From a bacterium (GTDB lineage: Bacteria > Actinomycetota > Thermoleophilia > Solirubrobacterales > 70-9), in assembly GCA_046091265.1 (NCBI GenBank), contig JBJTBI010000048.1, positions 1-39,854 of the forward strand: DNA of 39,854 nt. Direction: 5' to 3'. Below, piece after piece: positions 34,285 to 39,854 of the stretch (its first letter is position 1; the number at the start of each line of letters is the position of its first letter). A program made the translations under genes and the position numbers. Under the pieces are notes generated by a model. The model was given only the letters and a program-made list of their open reading frames with translations, did not search any database and had not been told where the DNA came from.

Positions 34285-34548
34285 TCAGCGCTCGCCGACG
34301 TAGGGAAGCAGAGCCAGTTCCCGGGCTCGCTTCACAGCCACGGCGAACTGCTGCTGGTGCTTCCGGGAAAGTCCGGTAACTCGCCTGGAACGGGTCTTCC
34401 CGCGGTCCGAGAGGAATCGGCGCAGCAGAGTGAGATCCTTGTAGTCGATGTAGTCGACGCTGAGGCGGGCGTACTTCCGGGGGCGAAAGCGATCGGCACC
34501 AGGACCGCGCCTGCGCCGTGAGTCGTATTGTTTCTGAGGTCTTGCCAT
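34285..34548 (-). CDS. rpsR: 30S ribosomal protein S18
   Basis: [50 protein letters not shown]. Start at ATG 34548 (87 aa) or TTG 34566. Confidence 0.9.
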   Translation of the reverse strand: MARPQKQYDSRRRRGPGADRFRPRKYARLSVDYIDYKDLTLLRRFLSDRGKTRSRRVTGLSRKHQQQFAVAVKRARELALLPYVGER

Positions 34549-34632
34549 CTGTGTAGGAAGCGGCAACTCAGCCGCGGCCGCAGATGGTACACGCAGAGAG
34601 GCTCACTTTCCTCTCAGAGTGCCAGGAATGCA

Positions 34633-34657
34633 AACGGCCCGCCGTGGGCGGGCCGTT
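34633..34657 (-). terminator. GC-rich hairpin (11-bp perfect stem) between ssb and rpsR; possible intrinsic terminator or attenuator
   Basis: Minus strand reads AACGGCCCGCC-CAC-GGCGGGCCGTT followed by TGCATTCC, which is a weak U-tract. It lies 26 nt downstream of the ssb stop. Confidence 0.45.
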
Positions 34658-34682
34658 CGGAGATTCGAATGGGCTCGCGTCC

Positions 34683-35138
34683 TCAGAAGGGGATGTCTTC
34701 GTCGCTTGCAGCGGCCCCCGCCTGGACGAAGTCGGAGGTGTCCGCCGGTACGTCCGAGGTCGCCTCGAACCCGTTTCCGTTGCCGCCTGCTCCGTCGGAC
34801 CGGGACCCGAGGAACTGGACGGAGTTGGCGATGATCTCGACCTTGTTCCGCTTGCCGGAACCGTCTTTCGCCTCCCACTCGCTGAAATCGAGTCTTCCCT
34901 CCACCGCGACGGGTCGCCCCTTGGCGAGGTAGTTGGCACAGTTCTCACCCTGCGCACCGAAGACCGTTACGTCGAAGTAGTTCGGCTTGTCGACCCACTC
35001 GCCGTTCTGGTCCTTTCGGCGACTGTTGACGGCGACCCTGAGCTGGCAGACCGACATCCCACTGCCTGTCGATCGAAGTTCGGGATCCTTGGTCAGGTTG
35101 CCTGTTATTGCGACTATGTTGATGTTGCTTGCAGCCAC
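34683..35138 (-). CDS. ssb: Single-stranded DNA-binding protein
   Basis: 151 aa, GTG start with an AGAGGAG SD. OB-fold N-terminus NINIVAITGNLTKDPELR. Gly-rich linker. Canonical acidic tip DEDIPF. Confidence 0.93.
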   Translation of the reverse strand: MAASNINIVAITGNLTKDPELRSTGSGMSVCQLRVAVNSRRKDQNGEWVDKPNYFDVTVFGAQGENCANYLAKGRPVAVEGRLDFSEWEAKDGSGKRNKVEIIANSVQFLGSRSDGAGGNGNGFEATSDVPADTSDFVQAGAAASDEDIPF

Positions 35139-35286
35139 GCGATCAGCTCCTCTGTTGCGTTAGGTATTTACTTGCGCAGAATCTTAGGCCGCAAGGCGGC
35201 GACTGAATGCGCTTCGATGGGAACCAATCCCGCAAAGTCCGGAGACGAGAATCACCCGGAAGGCGATTGGCGGAGGGAGAGTGTCC

Positions 35287-35682
35287 TCAGTCGTCGCGGC
35301 CGGACCGCGCGGAGCCGCGCCCTTCGCCATCGTCCGATCGCTCCGAACCGACCGAGTGGGGCCGATCGGATGTGGGCGGAGCGGTAGTGGGCGACTCGGG
35401 GTCGACCTTGAAGATCCGGTGGCGGAGAACTCCTTCGGAGATCTTAAGGTTGTGGTTGAGGTCCTCGAGGAGGGGATTTTCCCCCTTGAACCGGAAGTAC
35501 CTGTAGTCGGCTTCATTTCGCTGATCGATCTCGTAGGCCATCGTGCGGATACCCCAATTGTCGGCGAGGTCGAGATCGCCCCCGCCCTCGATCCGGGTCT
35601 TCACATCTCCTACGATGGCTTCGCGGGCCTCATCCGTGGCCTCGGCATCGAGCATCAGTACGAGTTCGTAGTTCCGTGTCAT
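35287..35682 (-). CDS. rpsF: 30S ribosomal protein S6 (with a charged C-terminal extension)
   Basis: 131 aa. MTRNYELVLMLD...NWGIRTMAYEI...ADYRYFRF is the S6 core. Confidence 0.92.
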   Translation of the reverse strand: MTRNYELVLMLDAEATDEAREAIVGDVKTRIEGGGDLDLADNWGIRTMAYEIDQRNEADYRYFRFKGENPLLEDLNHNLKISEGVLRHRIFKVDPESPTTAPPTSDRPHSVGSERSDDGEGRGSARSGRDD

Positions 35683-35726
35683 TTCGTCTTTGGCCGCATC
35701 GGCGGTTGATCCGGACGCGGCGGCCG

Positions 35727-35732
35727 ACTATA
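35727..35732 (-). promoter_or_regulatory. Putative -10 hexamer (TATAGT on the minus strand) for the rpsF-ssb-rpsR-rplI operon
   Basis: TATAGT lies about 44 nt upstream of the rpsF ATG. This is a leadered transcript, unlike many other genes in the window. Confidence 0.4.
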
Positions 35733-35803
35733 GCGGGGGAGAAGGGGAGCCGCGGGCAACTCATGGATCGCATGAGCCGATACGGCCAGGTTTCGGGCTA
35801 GCC

Positions 35804-36217
35804 ATGTCCTTCCGGCGCCTGGGCGGATTCAGGGTGAATCGCCGCCGTGCCCTCAGGGTCATGGGCTTGGTCGTTGCCTCCGTAGCACTCGTCGTACTCG
35901 TCTCCCGGCTGCTCGCTCCTGCGGAACCCGCGCCCCTGCCCGAGCGGGTCGGGCTGGTCGGGTTGGAGGACGAAGCACCTCGGCTGCCGGAGGAAGATCT
36001 CGTGGAACCGGGTCCCTCCGAGCTCACCGATCACCCCGGTTCGAGGCGGGGATCCCGTCCGAACAGGCCGAAACCTGCGCGTCGGCACCCGACTCCCCGC
36101 AGGGCCCCCGCTTCCTCCGATGAATCCACTCAGGTCCCGAGCTACTGGTCACCTGCGACGAACGCACCGCGGCCGTCAAGGCCCGATCCGCCGGGTCAGT
36201 TCGGGTTCGAGCGTTGA
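35804..36217 (+). CDS. Hypothetical membrane-anchored Pro/Arg-rich protein (weak call)
   Basis: About 137 aa. N-terminal anchor RALRVMGLVVASVALVVLVS, then a low-complexity Pro/Arg-rich tail. The 3' end overlaps the otsA 3' end by 22 nt. No SD or -10 signal and no recognised family. It could be a spurious high-GC ORF. Confidence 0.3.
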   Translation: MSFRRLGGFRVNRRRALRVMGLVVASVALVVLVSRLLAPAEPAPLPERVGLVGLEDEAPRLPEEDLVEPGPSELTDHPGSRRGSRPNRPKPARRHPTPRRAPASSDESTQVPSYWSPATNAPRPSRPDPPGQFGFER

Positions 36218-37692
36218 TCCGAGGGTGCTGCGTCGGCGGCCAGCTTGGCTGAGATGTCTGTCAGTTGCTCGTCCACCCATCCCCCTGGATTTCGTGCGGC
36301 CACGATCGCCTTCAATCGTGCTGCCCGATCAGCTCGCTCCTCTGGATCCATGGTCAGGGCCCGGAAGATGGTGTCCGCCTGCTCCTGGATATCGAACGGG
36401 TTCACGGAGAGAGCGCAGGATCCGAGCTCCTCGTGCGCACCGGTGTTCTCGGAGAGCATCAGCACGCCGTCACGCTCATTCACCGTAGGCGCCTCCTTCG
36501 CGACGAGGTTCATCCCGTCGAACAGGGAATTCACGATCAGCAGGTCGAACTGCTTGAAGCGCGCGACCGCTTCGGGGAAGTTCTCGTAGATCCGCAGGTC
36601 GATGGGCATCCAGTCGGTGGTGCCGTGGCGATGGTTGACCACGGCGACGAGCGCCTCGATCTTCTCCAGGTATTCAGCGTATTCGGGCACATCCTCTCGG
36701 GAAGGCTGGAGATGGGCGATGAACGTCACCTTCTCGCGGAACTCCGGGTGCTGCTCGAGGAATACGTCGAAGGAGGTGAAACCGCGGAGGATGTTCTTCG
36801 AGAGGTCCGCACGATCGACGCGGATGATCAGATTGTCCCTTCGGCGCCGGGTCAGCTCCTCCTCGTACCGCTCCACCTCGGGCGAGGCCGCTGCCCTGTG
36901 CATCCGCTCCACGTCGATCGAGAGCGGGTACTCCCGCACCCAGGTTTCCCTGCCTCCGTGTCTCACGGCGTTGCGCTCGTAGTCGACCTCCAGCCCCATC
37001 AGGTCATCGCAACAGTGGAGGAAGTTCCGGCAGTAGGCGAGTGTGTGGAAGCCGATTATGTCGTTGGCCAAGAGGCCTTCGAAGATCCGCTCCCTCCAGG
37101 CACCGGGAAGGATCCGCCAGGAGTCGGGCTGCGACCAGGGGATGTGGACGAAGTGCTGACAGACAGCATCTGGTCGGGCTGCCTTGACCAGGCCCGGACA
37201 GGTGTAGAGGTGGTAGTCGTGGAACATCACCAACGGTTCCTGCTGACCGGCGATTGCCTCGATCACCGCTTGAGCTATGTCCGCGTTCACAGCCAAGTAT
37301 CCGTCGCGCCATGCCACCTGCTCACTGCGGCGTATGTCCGGCACGTTCGAGAGATCCCAGAGGTAGTGCTGGACGAACCAGAGGATCGGGTTGGCAATGA
37401 TGTTGTAGAAGCCTTCGTAAGCCGCGGGATCGCTCTCGACCATCAGGACCTCGTAGTCGATGCCGTCGAGCTCGATTTCAGTCGGTCCGCTCGACTCTCT
37501 GGCCACCTGGACATCCTCAGCGGTCATCGCAGATGCGACCCAGAGCGCCTTTCGGTGCGAGACCAAGCCACTGAGGGCTGTGACCAGTCCGCCACCGCCC
37601 TTCCGCACGATGCGCTCGCCGGTCTGCTCGTCACGGTCGAATTCGGCGGGACCCCGGTTCGAGACGATGGTCAGGGGGCGTGGCGGATTCAT
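36196..37692 (-). CDS. otsA: Alpha,alpha-trehalose-phosphate synthase (GT20)
   Basis: 498 aa. IVSNRGP, GGLVTAL, HDYHL, the FHTLAYCRNF context, NSLFDGMNLVAKE and LSENTGA. Confidence 0.9.
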   Translation of the reverse strand: MNPPRPLTIVSNRGPAEFDRDEQTGERIVRKGGGGLVTALSGLVSHRKALWVASAMTAEDVQVARESSGPTEIELDGIDYEVLMVESDPAAYEGFYNIIANPILWFVQHYLWDLSNVPDIRRSEQVAWRDGYLAVNADIAQAVIEAIAGQQEPLVMFHDYHLYTCPGLVKAARPDAVCQHFVHIPWSQPDSWRILPGAWRERIFEGLLANDIIGFHTLAYCRNFLHCCDDLMGLEVDYERNAVRHGGRETWVREYPLSIDVERMHRAAASPEVERYEEELTRRRRDNLIIRVDRADLSKNILRGFTSFDVFLEQHPEFREKVTFIAHLQPSREDVPEYAEYLEKIEALVAVVNHRHGTTDWMPIDLRIYENFPEAVARFKQFDLLIVNSLFDGMNLVAKEAPTVNERDGVLMLSENTGAHEELGSCALSVNPFDIQEQADTIFRALTMDPEERADRAARLKAIVAARNPGGWVDEQLTDISAKLAADAAPSDQRSNPN

Positions 37693-37752
37693 CTCACTTC
37701 CAGAGTAGCCGCGCTGGTCCCCAGCACAACCTGTTCGGCCATCCGCTTACGG

Positions 37753-38988
37753 TCAGATGTCCAGATCGTGGAAGATCCGCAGCCAGTCGGCCAGAAGCCT
37801 CGGCGTCAGGAAACGTTCGCGGGTGCGTTCCTTGCCGGCCTTACCCAACCGCCTGCCGAGCTCCGGGTCCTTCAGGATCTCCACTGATCTCTCCGCACAC
37901 TGTTCGGGCGAGTCGACCAGGAAGCCACTCTCACCATCGACGATCTGCAGTGGGATTCCACCCACGTTGCCGGCGATGACCGGACGGGACTTCCAGAGAC
38001 CCTCACTGACGGTCAGACCGAATCCTTCCCTGATCGATTTCTGGAGGATCAGGTCGGCTTGGGACTGGAAAGCATTCACCTCGATCGCTCCCACGTTGTT
38101 CAGGTTGTTGAGGATCTTTATGTCGGGGTCCGAATCGGCGTGTTCGTAGGTGCTCTGGAAGAACTCCCAACCCTCTGGGTCGTCGCTCGCCATGGATCCG
38201 ACCAGAGCGAGTTGCGCCTCTGGGATCTCCTCACGAACCTGGCGGTACGCGTCGATCACGCCGATCGGGTCCTTCCAGGGGTCGAACCTGGATACCTGAC
38301 AGATCAGGGGTCGCTCCACGTCGATACCGAACTGGTCGCATACGAAGGAGGCGTCCTCTGGTGAGAGGGCCATGTTCTTCGGGGAGAGTGGATCGATGGC
38401 CGGAGGGACTATCCGGATTCCGTCCAGATCCTTGAGGTGATTCGGTACGTACTTCTCCATATGCCAGACGCTCGCGTCGTACTCGGCGATCAGTGGCTCG
38501 AGGCGTTCGATCGGCTCGGGGTTGGGGGTCGAGAGATCGATGTGACAGCGCCAGATCCACTTGCTCGAGTGTTCGGCGGCGACCCTCCGGATCCCGACCG
38601 GCTGCGGGTCGTGGACGATGATCACGTCCCAATCGTCCTCGAGCGCTTCGCCGTTCAGACGCTGGTACTCGTCGAACAGGGCCCACTGTTCAGCGGAGAG
38701 GCTGTTCGGATCGCCCTGCAGAGAGTTGTGGATGAGTTTGGTCGCGTTGAAGAACTCTTCCTTGCCCATGATCACCCGCCAGTGGGTATCCAGTCCGACG
38801 TCGTTCATCAGCGGTATCAGCGTGAACAGGATCTCCGACACCCCGCCACCGAACGCGGTCGCACTGAGGTGCAGAACCCGTTTTCCCTGCAGCTCTGCCG
38901 CGAGTTCCTGGATCTCCTCGATTCGCCCCCTCCCGGCGAGGTGCGTGTAATCGGCAAGAGACTTGTGTCCGACGGCTACTTCCTGCAT
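37753..38988 (-). CDS. treT: Trehalose glycosyltransferring synthase TreT-like glycosyltransferase (GT4)
   Basis: 411 aa from ATG 38988. Long blocks match archaeal TreT as I recall it: HLSATAFGGGVSEIL, EFFNATKLIHNSLQG, HDPQP, WRCHIDLSTPN, PPAIDPLSPKN, QVSRFDPWKDP, DDPEGWEFF, QKSIREGFGLTVSEGLWK and IVDGESGFLV. The ORF-track start at 39165 is rejected. Confidence 0.8.
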   Translation of the reverse strand: MQEVAVGHKSLADYTHLAGRGRIEEIQELAAELQGKRVLHLSATAFGGGVSEILFTLIPLMNDVGLDTHWRVIMGKEEFFNATKLIHNSLQGDPNSLSAEQWALFDEYQRLNGEALEDDWDVIIVHDPQPVGIRRVAAEHSSKWIWRCHIDLSTPNPEPIERLEPLIAEYDASVWHMEKYVPNHLKDLDGIRIVPPAIDPLSPKNMALSPEDASFVCDQFGIDVERPLICQVSRFDPWKDPIGVIDAYRQVREEIPEAQLALVGSMASDDPEGWEFFQSTYEHADSDPDIKILNNLNNVGAIEVNAFQSQADLILQKSIREGFGLTVSEGLWKSRPVIAGNVGGIPLQIVDGESGFLVDSPEQCAERSVEILKDPELGRRLGKAGKERTRERFLTPRLLADWLRIFHDLDI

Positions 38989-39001
38989 TAGGCGGGCAAA
39001 C

Positions 39002-39854
39002 CTATTCGTCGCCGCGGCGCGCCCGCTGCAACCGCTCGATCCCGGCGTCGATTTCCTTGCAGATGGCCGCGTGCAGCTCCGGAGTGCAGGCAGCGACACA
39101 GGAGAGCTGGAACTCGTGTCCGGAGCCGAGCAGAGGCCTGTCGTCCAGCGATTTGCCCCAGGCATCGCTGACTATGACCCCGGCCTCTTCCGCGCAGAGC
39201 AGCGCCGCGGCGAGATCGTAGGGCGAGTTGTTGAGGACCTCTCCTCCCCCCACGCGCTCGAACTCGGCACGCATGCCGGGTACTTCGTCGACGATCCTCG
39301 GACTGGGTTCGATGTAGGCGTCGAGCTGCCCTGTGACGATTCGGGTCACGTCGAAGGTCGCGGCGCCCAGGTCGAACCCCGCCCCACCAACCGAGGAGCG
39401 ATCCACCAATTCAGCCATCACCTCCATCACCTGCCTGACCGGCCTGCCGCGCAGACCATAGGTCCAGAACATCCGCTCGATCTCGGTGTTGGTCGAGAGT
39501 CCCGGAGTGGGCTCGACGCCCTCGCCGCGGACTGCGAGGAACTGCTGTCCGCTCTTGATCTCGAGGACGCATCCGATCTCCACATCGCCCATCGTCGGTT
39601 CGCCGTGCAACGGCGCGGCGGCTACCGAGACGCAACTCGACTCGAGACCGGCGAGGGCTGGGCGGGTGCCGTCGATAGGGTCGACGATCAGGACCCATTC
39701 GGCCGAGCCTCCACTCGGCGAGACCATCCCCCGATCCTCGGAGTAGAAAGCCACACGCGGCGCGTGCTCTGCGAGGTACTCCTCCATCCGCTTCTCGGCT
39801 ACCTCGTCTATCGCGAAGGTGATGTCCCCACCCTTCCCAGCCCCTTCGTGAGCT
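39002..39854 (-). CDS. Inositol-monophosphatase-family phosphatase, 5' end outside the window
   Basis: VDPIDGT metal motif, plus WTYG and the GAATFD context. The frame stays open upstream of the listed ATG 39787 to the window edge (...GKGGDITFAIDEVAEKRMEEYL). That segment matches the IMPase N-terminal region, so the gene is truncated by the window. Confidence 0.78.
   Translation of the reverse strand, partial: AHEGAGKGGDITFAIDEVAEKRMEEYLAEHAPRVAFYSEDRGMVSPSGGSAEWVLIVDPIDGTRPALAGLESSCVSVAAAPLHGEPTMGDVEIGCVLEIKSGQQFLAVRGEGVEPTPGLSTNTEIERMFWTYGLRGRPVRQVMEVMAELVDRSSVGGAGFDLGAATFDVTRIVTGQLDAYIEPSPRIVDEVPGMRAEFERVGGGEVLNNSPYDLAAALLCAEEAGVIVSDAWGKSLDDRPLLGSGHEFQLSCVAACTPELHAAICKEIDAGIERLQRARRGDE

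Noticed and set aside
36265-37887. A 540-aa plus-strand ORF covering the whole of otsA and the 3' end of treT in antisense.
   Set aside because: It has Arg/Val/Asp/His/Gly-rich composition and no recognisable motif. It is exactly antisense to a gene with strong GT20 motifs. Long stop-free antisense frames are expected in DNA of about 64% GC.

Overview
This 39.9-kb window is about 63-65% GC by eye and tightly packed, with about 46 CDS and 2 tRNAs. It looks like origin-proximal core chromosome from a high-GC Gram-positive/Terrabacteria lineage. My guess is a deep-branching actinobacterium (Rubrobacteria/Thermoleophilia-like), but the sequence alone cannot prove that.

Layout, left to right:
- rsmG (3' end)-parA-parB.
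- A usp gene and an APC permease, divergent from aguA-aguB (agmatine to putrescine).
- tRNA-Ile(GAU) and a DUF151 nuclease.
- A four-gene, translationally coupled envelope operon: small membrane protein, NPP-type alkaline-phosphatase-superfamily enzyme, GtrA, and a GT-C membrane glycosyltransferase.
- ymdB.
- A nine-gene co-directional respiratory-cofactor block: hemB, a fused AhbAB/NirDL-like siroheme decarboxylase, hemL, a HepS-like ORF, qcrABC (Bacillus-type split b6c), menG and hepT.
- dcd and tatA-tatC.
- tRNA-Lys(CUU) ending 4 nt before the crcB start codon.
- An exoenzyme patch: PLC-like phosphodiesterase, CalB-like lipase, Cys-repeat secreted protein, SDR, NDP-sugar dehydrogenase and S1 protease.
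- On the minus strand: rpsF-ssb-rpsR-rplI-DUF2252, then dnaB-DnaI/DnaC-like loader-purA, then IMPase-family-treT-otsA.

I saw no CRISPR array, transposase, integrase, phage genes, or recognisable defence or toxin-antitoxin cassette. I cannot point to a clear-cut new multi-gene system.

The best follow-up candidates are:
- the siroheme-decarboxylase fusion inside the hem operon;
- the hem/prenyl/qcr/menaquinone supra-operon with its orphan HepS-like ORF;
- the tRNA-Lys-crcB junction;
- the dnaB-coupled AAA+ loader with a Cys4 N-terminus;
- the kinase-motif DUF2252 gene between rplI and dnaB;
- the weakly annotated four-gene envelope operon.

A TANNNT -10 hexamer sits 6-9 nt upstream of many start codons, which suggests widespread leaderless mRNAs. 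All product calls rest on motifs read by eye. No database search was run.
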